From Ascoidea asiatica JCM 7603 (lineage: Eukaryota; Fungi; Ascomycota): 64,000 nucleotides of DNA. The stretch lies in NCBI GenBank assembly GCA_001600695.1, contig BCKQ01000001.1, forward strand, positions 1,738,005 to 1,802,004, given 5' to 3'. A program made the translations under genes and the position numbers. Numbering within the stretch: position 1 is the first letter of the stretch; the number at the start of each line of letters is the position of its first letter. Of the stretch, positions 25,066 to 36,978 are shown in pieces. A model generated the notes under the pieces. It was not told the origin of the DNA, searched no databases, and saw nothing but the letters and a program-made list of their open reading frames with translations.

Positions 25066-28000
25066 ATGGCAATTATAAGCTTAAGAACAAATAATAGTAA
25101 TAATAGTCTTGGAAATAGTAATAATAACAATTCAAATAACAATAACAACAACAATAATGGTAATACCACTTCTAAAACTGATAATATATTCAGTTTACTT
25201 TCAAGAAAAACTTCAAATGCGAATAAACAATCCAATTCATATAGCAATAATAATACAACTCATTCTCATACAATATCTCCTCCAATAAATCATTTAAATT
25301 CAATCAGTGATGACAGTGATTCTTCTGATGATTATACTTATAACAATATAAATAATAGTAACAATAGTATATCTAAAACTAAAACTAAAAATAAAGATAA
25401 AGATAAAGATAAAGAGAAAGAAAAGGAAAAAGAAAAAAAAATAAAATCAGATAATAATAATAATAATAATAATAACAATAGTAACAATATAATTAATAAT
25501 TCTATAAAATCAAGAAAATATATAAAAAATAATTATTCTCAGGAACCTGATGATAATAATAACTTTTCAAATGATTCAGATGGTTCTGTAGAAGAATCTG
25601 ATGATAATGATGATATCAACAACAATATCGATAATGATAATGATAACGATAATGATCCTTATCAGGATGATATTCCTGAACCTCCAAGATATCCTCCAAA
25701 AGAATTAAGACCTGATAGATTATATGCTTTATATGATTTTTCTGGTCCAAATGATGCTCAATGTGATTTAGAATATGATGATGCTGTAATATTATTAAAT
25801 GATCAAGATAGTTATTGGTGGTTAGTTGAAAAAATTGAAGATCATTCAATTGGTTTTGCTCCTGCTGAATGTCTTGAAACTCCAACTGAAAGATTAGCAA
25901 GATTGAATTGTTGGAAAAATGAAGAAATTGAAAGAAAATTAAAAGAAGATAAAAAAAAATCAAGAAGTTTATTAAGTTTAAGTAGAAAAAATAGTTTAAA
26001 AAAATCTTTAAGAAAAAATAGATCCAAATTATCAAATAATAGTAATTCAAAATCAGTTGTATTTAGTGATACTATTTCTTATTCTGCTGATGATAGATCT
26101 TGGGATGATTATTCTTCTTCTTCTGATGATTATGATGAAGAAGAACAACAACATGATAGAGAAGAAGAAAGTATTATCGAAGAAGATATCAATGGTGAAG
26201 CTGAAGCTGAAGCAGAAGAACAACAAAAATATCCAATAAATAATGATAATATTGATATTGAACCTAAATTAAATATAAAAAGAAATAATTCATTAAATGA
26301 AACTGCTTTAAATAATAATAATAATAATAACAACAAGAATGATTATTTAAAAAATCCAAATTCAATCAAAAAAGATATAATATTAACACAAAATGATTCT
26401 TTAAATTCATTGAGTTCTTTTAATAATCCATATGAAGGTGATTCAGAATTAGATTCAAATGAAAATATGATACTGACTTTATTAAGAGAAAATTCTGTTA
26501 ATTCAAAAAATAAAACTATAAATACAAATAAAACAAAAATCACTGAAAATATTGGAAATACTAATAGAAATTCAGATTTATATGATTATTCAAAAGATGA
26601 AAATAAAGATGGTATAATTCCATTGAAAATTTCAAAAAAAAATTCAATGAGTAAAAAATTACCTTCAATACCCTCAAATAATGATAATAATAATAATAAT
26701 AGTAGTAGTAATGATGAAAATAATATACGAAATCAAGTTAATGATCTAAATAAAGAAAATAATACAATCTTAAATGATACTGAAAAAAATTCAATTGAAT
26801 ATGACAATAGATCAAGTTTAATATCAATATCCGATGATGATATGTCATTATATAATCATTCCTCTGCAATTTATAATGATTTAGATCTTGATCATATTCA
26901 AAGTAAAACCTCAGATTTATCTCGTTCTTCATCTTCCGTTTATAATAATAGCATCAATGAAAATACTAATAATAATACCAATAATAACAATCTTAATAAG
27001 AATAAAATTAAGGATAAAGATAACAATAACTTAAACAGTTTTTTGAATTCGAGTAATTCCACAAATAATATGTCAAGTTTCCTCAACTCATCTAATAACA
27101 ATATAACGAACAATGAAGAAAATGATCGATTAAATAATAGTTTCAGTCCCTTAGTAGACAATAAAGAAATGAATATAAAATCACCAGAAACTCCTCAAAC
27201 AAAAGATTCATCCCATTCTGATGATCATGATGGAACAATAAAACCCGTTAAGAGTAATTCATCTTTATCTGCACCAAATCCAAATTTTACAAAACGTACT
27301 AACTCTATATCCAATAGTATTAAAACGCTGGAATCTGTTGGTTCTTATTCAATCGGAGATTATTCTCCTTCTTCGTCTGAGTATTCAACTAATGATATAA
27401 ATACAACTCCACCTTTAAATACTTTTAAAAGATATTCATTATTCAGAAGTAGTGAAAACAATGATATGTCAGAATCTAACCAAAATTCAAATAATTCAAC
27501 ATTACCATTATCTGTTGCTCAAATGAATTTACATGACTCAATGAATGAAGCAGTTGAAAAAAATATTGACAATGAGAACATCACCGAACGCGATTCAAAT
27601 AACAAACAATTATCATCACCAATTGCAATTCTTCGAGAAGAATCCAATGAAGATATTACCACGGTTTCAAATACTACAATGGAGAATAATAACATGGAAA
27701 ATAATACTATAATAAATGACTCAATTTCCAATGATAAAGATTTATCTATTTCAAATAAGGGTCAAACCATTAAAAATACTGCATCGAAAGAAGTCTCGGG
27801 ATTTAAAGTTACCAATGGTAACAATAACAACAAACATTTAAACTCTAAAACGGATGCTTCTGTCACAATAACATCAAACCAGGATAGCTTTGATAGCGCG
27901 TTTGAAAGAATAAATGCTCATGATTTCAATGGACAAGATGACCTTCCTTCGTTGGATTCTTTCAATGTTGAAACAGAGCATGCACTATATTATGACCAAG

Positions 28001-28662
28001 AAATTTTATCTACACAAGATTTTCATAAACAGAAGTCTTCTTTGTCATCCAAAAATTCAGTTGTTGATGATGAAGATGAGGAAGAAGATCATATACATGT
28101 AACACCTGGAACAAGCACATCATTTGATGATGGAAATGGAATTGAAAAAGATCTTAATGATTTTCTTAAGAGTTCAAGCTATCTTAAGAAAGTTGAAGGA
28201 AATTGTTCAAAAATTGCTGATTCTTTTGAAGATTTAGTTGGTGGAATTTCTAGAAATGGTAGTAATACTAGCAATAATAGTAATACTAGTAATTTAAGTG
28301 AAAATCTGGGAAACATGAACAATTCTATGAATAATAACGAAAAATCTATTGGAACTAGCCAGGAAAAAAAGTTTCATTCACCAACATCATATACTTCTAC
28401 AAATACATCTTTCAATGATACTTCTAATCCAGCAAGTGCATCAATTACTAATGGAACCAGCAGCTTAACCAGTGAAAGTGATAGCTTCACTGAATATGGA
28501 TATATTAATAGTAATAATCATAGTACCAATAGTAGTAGACAAATGTTAGAAAGTAATTATCATCCAGATATAACTGAATTATATACACCATTATTTAATA
28601 AAGCGGATACAATTGCAGCCAAAATTGAAGTATTGAAAAGAATGGTAGTTGAAAATTACTAA
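25066..28662 (+). CDS. BUD14: SH3-domain polarity protein and Glc7/PP1 regulator Bud14 (Tea4 family)
   Basis: SH3 domain LYALYDFSG...LLNDQDSYWWLV...GFAPAECLETPTERLARLNCWKN followed by the PP1-docking KSVVF motif; C-terminal HPDITELY. Confidence 0.88.
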   Translation: MAIISLRTNNSNNSLGNSNNNNSNNNNNNNNGNTTSKTDNIFSLLSRKTSNANKQSNSYSNNNTTHSHTISPPINHLNSISDDSDSSDDYTYNNINNSNNSISKTKTKNKDKDKDKEKEKEKEKKIKSDNNNNNNNNNSNNIINNSIKSRKYIKNNYSQEPDDNNNFSNDSDGSVEESDDNDDINNNIDNDNDNDNDPYQDDIPEPPRYPPKELRPDRLYALYDFSGPNDAQCDLEYDDAVILLNDQDSYWWLVEKIEDHSIGFAPAECLETPTERLARLNCWKNEEIERKLKEDKKKSRSLLSLSRKNSLKKSLRKNRSKLSNNSNSKSVVFSDTISYSADDRSWDDYSSSSDDYDEEEQQHDREEESIIEEDINGEAEAEAEEQQKYPINNDNIDIEPKLNIKRNNSLNETALNNNNNNNNKNDYLKNPNSIKKDIILTQNDSLNSLSSFNNPYEGDSELDSNENMILTLLRENSVNSKNKTINTNKTKITENIGNTNRNSDLYDYSKDENKDGIIPLKISKKNSMSKKLPSIPSNNDNNNNNSSSNDENNIRNQVNDLNKENNTILNDTEKNSIEYDNRSSLISISDDDMSLYNHSSAIYNDLDLDHIQSKTSDLSRSSSSVYNNSINENTNNNTNNNNLNKNKIKDKDNNNLNSFLNSSNSTNNMSSFLNSSNNNITNNEENDRLNNSFSPLVDNKEMNIKSPETPQTKDSSHSDDHDGTIKPVKSNSSLSAPNPNFTKRTNSISNSIKTLESVGSYSIGDYSPSSSEYSTNDINTTPPLNTFKRYSLFRSSENNDMSESNQNSNNSTLPLSVAQMNLHDSMNEAVEKNIDNENITERDSNNKQLSSPIAILREESNEDITTVSNTTMENNNMENNTIINDSISNDKDLSISNKGQTIKNTASKEVSGFKVTNGNNNNKHLNSKTDASVTITSNQDSFDSAFERINAHDFNGQDDLPSLDSFNVETEHALYYDQEILSTQDFHKQKSSLSSKNSVVDDEDEEEDHIHVTPGTSTSFDDGNGIEKDLNDFLKSSSYLKKVEGNCSKIADSFEDLVGGISRNGSNTSNNSNTSNLSENLGNMNNSMNNNEKSIGTSQEKKFHSPTSYTSTNTSFNDTSNPASASITNGTSSLTSESDSFTEYGYINSNNHSTNSSRQMLESNYHPDITELYTPLFNKADTIAAKIEVLKRMVVENY

Positions 28663-29635
28663 CTCTTGAAATTCTTCAATATTCATTGGCTTCTCTTTTT
28701 CTTCTTTCGCTGTTTATTATTTGCTTGCTATTTATTTCGTGTCGTTTGTTCCTTGGGTAATTTTACTTTTTGTTTGTTCGCTAATTTTACTAAAAATGCA
28801 TATGGATTCTTTTCAACTACATTTTTCACCTGTACTTCTGACGTGTTTTTGTCCCTTTTAATTTTTTTTCGCCTTCTTGATTTATTTATCCTTTCACGAC
28901 TTCTGATTTAGCTATTATTGGCTTTGCATTCTCAGACTTTTTATTTTTTCATTCATCTGTCATTATTTATATCTACATATACATATATACAGTATATACT
29001 GTATATATATTTGCCCGGCATATATGACAGGCTATAAATTTACAATATCAATTGGACATTAGAACTGTTCTTTCATTTACTGTAGTAAATTTTTGAATCG
29101 AAATACAGTAGCAATATGAGCAAAAACAACAGAAAAGCTATGCACGGTACCAGTAGAGATAAAAAAAAAAATCAGCTTGGAGACCAGAAATATGGATCCG
29201 ACACGTGATTATATGAAATAAAAAAAAAAAATCTGTTTAGGAATTTTAAAGGGAATTTATTTTTTTACTCTTTCAATTTTTCTATTACTTGTCATTGAAG
29301 AAAGACAAACTATTTTTCAATTTTATACGAATCAGAGATTATTCTATAATTCATTCAAGAGTTTGGAAAGTATTTTAATTTTTTCTAAAAGTGTACTTTG
29401 ATTTTCTTATATCTTGCATCATTTTTCATCAAGAAAACTATTTTTTATATTCCAACTTTTTGAATGGTTTTTCATTGTTTAGAAGTTTCAGATTAATTTT
29501 TTAGATCAAAGCAAAAAAAAAAATATTTCAATTTTTCAAACTTAAATTAAAATTATTTTTTAAGCGTGGAAAACTTTTGTCAACTAAATATAAAATCATC
29601 AATAGATACTTATTTAATAATTCAATATTTTCAAA

Positions 29636-32449
29636 ATGTCAAGTTGGACTCCAGATGTTAATTCTCTTGATCAATTGAGAATCATTTTATCAAAATCAAT
29701 TTCAAAAGATGCTGATGAAAGAAGTCAAGCAAATGAGGCACTTATTCAAATTTCTTTACAGCCTGATTTAGATAATTATTTGACTTATTTCTTAGTTGAA
29801 GACAATTCATCTACTCTTGAAGTAAGAGGCTCTGCTGGATTGCTATTAAAAAATAATGTGCTAAAATATGTTAAAGAAGGAGGAATGAAAAATACTGAAA
29901 AATTCAGATATATCCTTGATAATATATTAAAGGGGTTATTAGTTAATGTTACTTTGATCAAAAATATAACTGGTAATGTAATAACTTCTATTTTTTCTTT
30001 ATTAGGCGCTGAAAGATGGCCACAAATCTTAATAGATTTAGTTCAATTAGTTGATCCTGCAAATAATCAGCCTGAATATGTCCAAGAGAATTCAATTTCC
30101 GCTTTATTAAAAATTTGCGAAGATTCTGCTGTTTCTTTAGACAAGCCATATTCAAGTTTTAATAATGAAAGACCAATAGATTTTATTATACCTAAATTAT
30201 TAAGTTTTTTAAACTCAAATTCAAAAAAGGTTAAAGCAAATAGTATTGGCTGTATAAACCAATTTATCTTACTCAAGTCTCAAAGTTTTATTGTTCATCT
30301 AGATATTTTCTTAGCTAAATTATTCGAATTAGCCAATGACGATAATTCTTCTATCCGAAAAAATTTATGTACTTCCTTTTCATTGATTTTAGACTCAAGA
30401 GCGGATAAATTAATGCCCCATATTGAAGGAGTAACAAATTATTGCCTTCATTCAATCAATGATTTAAATGAAGATGTTGCTTTAGAAGCTTGCGAGTTCT
30501 TATTAAGTCTTGCGACATCTTCTTTACCTCCTCAAGTTATTGAACCTTTATTACCAAATATGTTACCAATTTTAATGTCAAAAATGGTATTTTCTGAAGA
30601 AGATATAGCAACTCTTGAAATGCAAGACCAACTGGATGATTCAAATATTCAAGACAAAGATGAAGATATAAGACCTACAAATGCCAGAAATAAAGAACAT
30701 AAAAACTTAAATGGTGGTAGAATGAACGGAACTATGAATAATATAGATGAATATGAAACTGAAGATGAAGACGATTATGATGATGAAGACGAAGAAGATG
30801 GTGCAGATGATGATGATGATAGCACCACTTGGAATCTCAGAAAATGTGCAGCAGCTACGCTTGATGTTTTAGCATCATGCATGGCTGAAGAAGTCCTTCA
30901 AATTGTTTTACCTATTTTAAAAGAAAGAATAACATCAACTGAATGGCCAATTCGAGAGGCCGCAATTTTAGCTTTTGGTGCAATTAATGGTGCTGCCTTA
31001 GAATATTCAAGTAATGACTTACCTTCTCTTATTCCATTTTTAGTTGAAAGATTACAGGATCAGAACTCAACTGTAAGACAAACTACTTGCTGGACTTTGA
31101 GTCGTTATTCTCAATGGATTTGTAGTGAAGCTCATACTGGTGGTCAATACTCTTCTTATTTTTTGCCAACATTCCAGTCATTATTAAATGTTGGTCTTGA
31201 TAATAAAAAAATTGTCCAAGAAAGTGCTTGTACAGCAATAGCACATTTCATATCTTCCAGCAATGAAACATTCATAATTCAATTAACTGAACCTTTGCTA
31301 AATTATTTCAAAACAGCATTCGAGAAATATCAAAGAAAAAATTTACCTGCGTTATATGATGCCGTTCAAACTTTTGTGGAAAAAATTGGCTATCATTTGG
31401 TTGATAGACCTGAGTATTTCAATTTATTATTACCTCCTTTATTAAAAAAATGGGATGAATTAACTGACGATGACAAAGATATCTGGTCGTTACTAGAATG
31501 CCTCTCCTCGGTTGCTGCTACTTTAGGTCAAGCGTTCGCTCCCTATGCCATTCCAATCTATAAAAGATGTATAAGTATATTGATCAATTGTATGAAAATG
31601 GATAAAGCTGCCCAAATAAATCCTTCTGTCAACTTACCGGAGAAAGATTTCATGATAACTGCAATGGATTTGATTGATGGTTTAGTTCAAGGGTTATGCG
31701 AGCATTCTGCAGAATTAATCCAAAGTCAATCCACTAATGAACAAAATAATTTAATGAATATTCTTTTAATAATGTTTACAGATACAACAGATGATGTTAG
31801 ACAATCTGCCTATGCGCTTTTGGGAGACCTTGCAATATTTGTACTCAAACCAATAGTTGTGCCATATTTAGATCCTATTATTTCATTAATTTCCAAGGAA
31901 ATTAAAAACAGAACTCCATCTTCAGGTTCAGTCTGTAACAATGCAACCTGGGCATTAGGGGAAATGGCTTTGAGATTACAACCTAATGAGCTTAAGCCAT
32001 ACATTGAACAAATCATGGGACCGCTTTTAGAATTATTGAAATCAAATGAACTTTCATCAGTTCTTGAAAATGCTGCTATAACAATAGGCAGAATTGGTGT
32101 CTCTTGTCCTGAAACTTTGGCACCCCATATTTCAAATTTTATTATGAAATGGATCACCCATATGAAATACTTAGAAGAAAATAATGAAAAAGAAACTTCA
32201 TTCAAAGGAATGTGCAATGTTATATCACTTAATCCAACTGGTTTTGGAAATACTAGCCAAGGTAAAACTTCTCTTTTGGCTTTCATCGACTGTATAACAA
32301 CATATGCTGAACCAGGTAATGATTTGGCAACTATCTTTCAAAAATTATTAATTGGCTATCGTACCATGCTAGGTGCAGATTGGACCTCTTTTATAAGTAC
32401 TCTTGATCTTGAATCTCAGCAAGTTATTACTAATACATATAATGTATAG
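29636..32449 (+). CDS. KAP104: Transportin / karyopherin beta-2
   Basis: RGSAGLLLKNN, acidic H8 loop (DKDEDIRP...WNLRKCAAATLDVL), VCNNATWALGE, LENAAITIGR. Confidence 0.95.
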   Translation: MSSWTPDVNSLDQLRIILSKSISKDADERSQANEALIQISLQPDLDNYLTYFLVEDNSSTLEVRGSAGLLLKNNVLKYVKEGGMKNTEKFRYILDNILKGLLVNVTLIKNITGNVITSIFSLLGAERWPQILIDLVQLVDPANNQPEYVQENSISALLKICEDSAVSLDKPYSSFNNERPIDFIIPKLLSFLNSNSKKVKANSIGCINQFILLKSQSFIVHLDIFLAKLFELANDDNSSIRKNLCTSFSLILDSRADKLMPHIEGVTNYCLHSINDLNEDVALEACEFLLSLATSSLPPQVIEPLLPNMLPILMSKMVFSEEDIATLEMQDQLDDSNIQDKDEDIRPTNARNKEHKNLNGGRMNGTMNNIDEYETEDEDDYDDEDEEDGADDDDDSTTWNLRKCAAATLDVLASCMAEEVLQIVLPILKERITSTEWPIREAAILAFGAINGAALEYSSNDLPSLIPFLVERLQDQNSTVRQTTCWTLSRYSQWICSEAHTGGQYSSYFLPTFQSLLNVGLDNKKIVQESACTAIAHFISSSNETFIIQLTEPLLNYFKTAFEKYQRKNLPALYDAVQTFVEKIGYHLVDRPEYFNLLLPPLLKKWDELTDDDKDIWSLLECLSSVAATLGQAFAPYAIPIYKRCISILINCMKMDKAAQINPSVNLPEKDFMITAMDLIDGLVQGLCEHSAELIQSQSTNEQNNLMNILLIMFTDTTDDVRQSAYALLGDLAIFVLKPIVVPYLDPIISLISKEIKNRTPSSGSVCNNATWALGEMALRLQPNELKPYIEQIMGPLLELLKSNELSSVLENAAITIGRIGVSCPETLAPHISNFIMKWITHMKYLEENNEKETSFKGMCNVISLNPTGFGNTSQGKTSLLAFIDCITTYAEPGNDLATIFQKLLIGYRTMLGADWTSFISTLDLESQQVITNTYNV

Positions 32450-32858
32450 ACTGAGAAACTATGTGAAGTCTCTTTTTTTTTTTCTGAAAAGCACTAAGTT
32501 TGCCTTTGTTTTTTATTATATAATTTTAGAAGGGGATTTTATTTACATACCTATATTTTCAATGCTTTGGGCATTAAATTTTTATATACTCTATTTTATT
32601 ATTCTGTTTTCAACTATTGTACTCATCTTTTTGTTCTGCTGTGTTTTCTTCTTCTGCTTATTTTTTAATTACAGAGTTTAATCTTTCTTGTAGAGTTTAT
32701 TCCTTTTACCTTTATGCATATTTTCTAAAAGCTAATTTCCTGTTTATGTAGCGGTGAAATAATGAAATACTTAATGCATAAGAAATACCAGTCGTATAAA
32801 ATTTATATATATCTCAAATAAATTTTTTTCATTATAACGTCAGTTTTTTTTCTATATT

Positions 32859-34424
32859 CTAGCTTATTTTATGGAATTCAAAGTCAGCAATTACATGCCA
32901 GACATCTGGTGCATATGTTTTCACTTTAAACAACTTCAAAAAATTTATTTCATATTCATGACAATTATCTTTGAAAATTATTTGCTGATTCAATTTAGAA
33001 AGAGTCTCTAAGGTTTCCTGAACGAATGTTTCCATATTATTGACATGAACATTCTCATGAATATGTAATATGACAGAATCACTATAATAATTGAATCTTT
33101 TGAGAATTTTGACAGAAATCTCCCAACTAGCCCTCGAAGTTGGCAACAAACCTAGGTTTATATGAGAAAGATCAAGCTTATAATTATCATTATCTGACTT
33201 TCGAAGTAACTCAGAAAAACGGTCAAACGACTTTAAATTACTTTCTTGAAAAAGAAACGCTTTTGTATTTTCAGACTCTATTTCAAATCTTTCATCTTTT
33301 CCTTCATATTCTTTGAAAACCTGGAAGTTAACTTCGTGATTATTGTATATAGCCTTATTCATAAGTAAACCTCTTTGAAAACTTTCGATACTCCATGGAT
33401 TAATATCCCAGCAAAATATTCTTTTACAACCTTTAGTTAAGTAAAATAAACTAAAATATCCAATTCCACAATATAAATCTATGATATCTTTACCTTGAAC
33501 ATTTGTGTAACTTTCCAAAATTCTTTGTTTCTCCTTGATATTACCCCTACTAAACATGACATATAAAGGAGACCAGATTTGAGTCACATTGAATTGTTTT
33601 ATAGAGCACCAGAAAGCTTTATCAAAATTTTCTCTTGTTGGACTTTCTATGAGTTGAGAATATGGTTCAGGTCCAAAATCTCCATAAACCTTGGTAAGTT
33701 TTAAAGGCAATCTTTTTTCATTATTTGATTCTATTATTGGCTTATTTAATGCTATATGAGTTAATTTTTCAGCATTATTAGCAAAATCGTTTTTCCCTGA
33801 ATGTGATATAAAAGCCAACAATCCATCAAAGAAAGCTTCTCTTTTAACATTATAATTACTGAAAAGAATAGAATCCCATACTTGAAAATTATCGAAAGTA
33901 TTTTCATTATTTATTAAAAGCAAAGGAGGATAAATCGACCATCTTTTTGGAATATGATTGATTAAAACATTATAAGATTCCAATCCTAAATCAATTTCTG
34001 AATGAGAGAGAAATTTATCAAGAAAAGCTACAATTTGATTATAATTGGTTTTCTTTTTAATATTAATTAATTTATCGATTTTTCTGACTTGTACAAATAT
34101 ACTTTCAAGGTTTGCTAGAAGAAAATCCAAGTCTTCTTTGTTATTTTCTTTGAAATTAAAAAGTTTTTCAAGGATTTCTTTCGAAATTGAAAAATTAGTA
34201 TCATCATTTAATTTCTCTTTTTCATTAAAAAAATTTTCAGCCTCTTGTAAATTTATAGTTAGTAATGTTGGTAATATAACAATGCTTTTATTATCAGATG
34301 ATGTTTGATTAATTATTTTTTTTTTTTTATCTAAAACTTTTGAATTTTCTAGGATAGTTTTAAGTCGCTTTATTAATTGTCTCCTATTTACAATCTTGAA
34401 ATCTATCTGTATTGAGGAACACAT
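32859..34424 (-). CDS. TRM12: tRNA wybutosine-synthesis protein 2 (Tyw2)
   Basis: PKRWSIYPPLLL, MFSRGNIKEKQRI, DLYCGIGYF, HINLGLLPTS, HIHEN, KVKTYAPDVWH. Confidence 0.93.
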   Translation of the reverse strand: MCSSIQIDFKIVNRRQLIKRLKTILENSKVLDKKKKIINQTSSDNKSIVILPTLLTINLQEAENFFNEKEKLNDDTNFSISKEILEKLFNFKENNKEDLDFLLANLESIFVQVRKIDKLINIKKKTNYNQIVAFLDKFLSHSEIDLGLESYNVLINHIPKRWSIYPPLLLINNENTFDNFQVWDSILFSNYNVKREAFFDGLLAFISHSGKNDFANNAEKLTHIALNKPIIESNNEKRLPLKLTKVYGDFGPEPYSQLIESPTRENFDKAFWCSIKQFNVTQIWSPLYVMFSRGNIKEKQRILESYTNVQGKDIIDLYCGIGYFSLFYLTKGCKRIFCWDINPWSIESFQRGLLMNKAIYNNHEVNFQVFKEYEGKDERFEIESENTKAFLFQESNLKSFDRFSELLRKSDNDNYKLDLSHINLGLLPTSRASWEISVKILKRFNYYSDSVILHIHENVHVNNMETFVQETLETLSKLNQQIIFKDNCHEYEINFLKLFKVKTYAPDVWHVIADFEFHKIS

Positions 34425-34749
34425 TGTTTGTTTTTTTGGTTTTTGAGAGAAAATAAAAGGAATTTTAAATAAAATACTTCAAAGTGGAAAAAATGAAGGC
34501 TAAACTAAAAAAATATTTTTTCTACTTTTCTCTCCGTTTGCACTTATCTTTTCAATCTGAAAGCTATTTTCCGAGAGCAGCATATGTGTTTGATTTATTG
34601 ATTCAATTCAATTTATATTTATATATATTTAGATGATTTTTGCATTGAAGAAGCTGATGGAAAGCTGCCTGAGTGTTTATTAATCACTATTAAATTTACA
34701 CTAATATTACAAAATTCTATTTACACAACTCTATTTAAAATGAAATGAA

Positions 34750-36978
34750 CTAAAGTGAAGGATTTCTCCAATACTTCCTAGAAACTTTTCCCTTTATTTC
34801 TTCCTTTGAATCTTTTTCAGTTATATATGTATCAAAAGTACTATAGCTGAATCTGCTTCTACCAACAATTTCATCATAATTCTGGGCCACATATTCTTTA
34901 ATACTTTGCTGTTTTATTTCTTTAGGTATCTCAATCAATTTAGAAAATATTTCTCTATCTATAGGCAATTCTTTGATTTTTTTGATAATTTTTTCCTTCT
35001 TTGATTTACCTTTCTTTTTTTGTTTACTTTTCTGTTCAACCTTTACATCTTGGGTCTTTATAACATAATCAATGATAGATTCTCTAATACAAATATCAAC
35101 TTGCTTTGGGGCGTATATTTCAAAGTAAGTTAAGTCATCTGTTTTTTTTATTGAACTTGCAGATGATGTTGGTGATAATCTTACAAACCCAACATTTCTA
35201 ATCACAACATCAATGGATCCATAAAAGGGAGGAGTTATATATCTTTTCATATTCTGATCACTAAAAAATGAATCTGTTAGTTCTTTATTTATAAGTTGAA
35301 AGTTACTTTCTAGGGCCTTTGGAGGGGTCTTTGCTGTTTCTAATGCTTTTTCATATGATTTGAAAATAAGACCTGGTAATTTGGAGAAATTACTAACTTG
35401 TACAATTAAATCATTAGATTTATTCTCCAATTTAGAACCTTGAACAACTAAATAAAACAATCCACCTAAACAGTAACATTGATCATTTACTAATGATTTA
35501 TAAGATAAATTTTTTAGTGGCTCTTTAATTTTATTGTTATTCTTATTTCCAGTTGAGAACAATGGTCTATTTAGTAATTTTATATTATCTTGATTGATTA
35601 AATCATATATCCCAAAACCTTTATCTTTTTTTACAAATCCAGGTAAATCTATTAAATTTTTAGTATAATTATCTTCATATTGCTTAGAAATGGGTAATTT
35701 GAAATTCAATTGATTTTGAGTGAATGCAGGAAAATATGAAGTTCCTGGAGCTTTTAATAATGTTTTTTTATCATAACCATATTCAAAAGAATTACTAAAA
35801 GATTTTTTTAATTCTAAAAAATTTTTTTTATTTAAAATTGGATTTCTATACATATTACAATAATAAATCAAAGATTTAATTAAAGAAGATTTACCAACAT
35901 TTACTTCCCCAATGAAGTAATTATTATTTTTTTCAGATAAAGAATTATATAAAGACTCAATACCCCAAGAATTTTTTGAACTTATTAAAAAAATATCATT
36001 TAATTGAATATTGAAAATTTTTTTTTCATCATTTGAAAGAATTGAATTAAATCCATTAACAATAACTTTTTTGAAAAAATTTAATTCAGAATTCTGGTAA
36101 GATAATTTATTATTAATTAATAAATCCATTTTATTTATAACAAATTTAAATGTTAAATTTGAATTGTCTTTAAAATTATTATTTTTTATGAAATTTTCCT
36201 TTATTAATTTTATATTCAAAGATAATGGGAAATCTAAAGCATTAATGACGTAAATAATAGTTGCATTTTGTGGAATTTTGAAATTTTCAATCAATTCATT
36301 CATTGTTACTTCTTCTCTTGATGGTAAAATATGATTTGATGTGAATAAAGAAGTGTGAAAAAAGACATTATAACATCTTTGACAAAGATGTTTATTTTCA
36401 TCTTTAGTTTCAGTAATAATTTGATGATCAGTATTAGATATTTCATCATTTTCTTGAGTCTGATCTAAATTTGGAAAGTCTTTTAAATTAGTTGAATCAT
36501 TTATTAACAATTTTTGTAAGTCCGGTGATAATTTCATTACATTTGAAATATAGTTTTTTTCAATTAATTTCTCAGATCTATTATACGATCCTTTGTCAAT
36601 TGAATTTTTATTCTCTAATTTAACTTTTTCCAAAAATTGATCTCTTTCTTTTGAAATTTCATAATAGCCTTCTTTTTCAGGATTTTTATTTTGTAAAATT
36701 ATACCACATGAATCACAATTATTAACTACTGGCACTCGATGATTATTCGAGTGTAATATTTCATTGTTTTTTTCTTTATGATCGCTTAATTGAATTTGAT
36801 TTTGAGACTTGCAACTTAAAGAAAAACATTTTTTATTTAAAATTGAATTAGATTTAATCGTTGAAATTAGGTTCTTCTCATAATTTGTCTTAGTAATTGC
36901 AAAATTAATTGGCAGTAGTAATCGTACCTGGGGTATCGACTTGAGTATGGAATTTAATCTTTTGAAAGAGGAGAGCAT
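34750..36978 (-). CDS. GEP3: Mitochondrial circularly permuted GTPase Gep3/Mtg3 (YqeH/NOA1 family)
   Basis: CDSCG..LQ..GYY and CQRC zinc motif; order NKMD (G4), SSK, GEVNVGKSS (G1), DLPG (G3); mitochondrial-type leader. Confidence 0.88.
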   Translation of the reverse strand: MLSSFKRLNSILKSIPQVRLLLPINFAITKTNYEKNLISTIKSNSILNKKCFSLSCKSQNQIQLSDHKEKNNEILHSNNHRVPVVNNCDSCGIILQNKNPEKEGYYEISKERDQFLEKVKLENKNSIDKGSYNRSEKLIEKNYISNVMKLSPDLQKLLINDSTNLKDFPNLDQTQENDEISNTDHQIITETKDENKHLCQRCYNVFFHTSLFTSNHILPSREEVTMNELIENFKIPQNATIIYVINALDFPLSLNIKLIKENFIKNNNFKDNSNLTFKFVINKMDLLINNKLSYQNSELNFFKKVIVNGFNSILSNDEKKIFNIQLNDIFLISSKNSWGIESLYNSLSEKNNNYFIGEVNVGKSSLIKSLIYYCNMYRNPILNKKNFLELKKSFSNSFEYGYDKKTLLKAPGTSYFPAFTQNQLNFKLPISKQYEDNYTKNLIDLPGFVKKDKGFGIYDLINQDNIKLLNRPLFSTGNKNNNKIKEPLKNLSYKSLVNDQCYCLGGLFYLVVQGSKLENKSNDLIVQVSNFSKLPGLIFKSYEKALETAKTPPKALESNFQLINKELTDSFFSDQNMKRYITPPFYGSIDVVIRNVGFVRLSPTSSASSIKKTDDLTYFEIYAPKQVDICIRESIIDYVIKTQDVKVEQKSKQKKKGKSKKEKIIKKIKELPIDREIFSKLIEIPKEIKQQSIKEYVAQNYDEIVGRSRFSYSTFDTYITEKDSKEEIKGKVSRKYWRNPSL

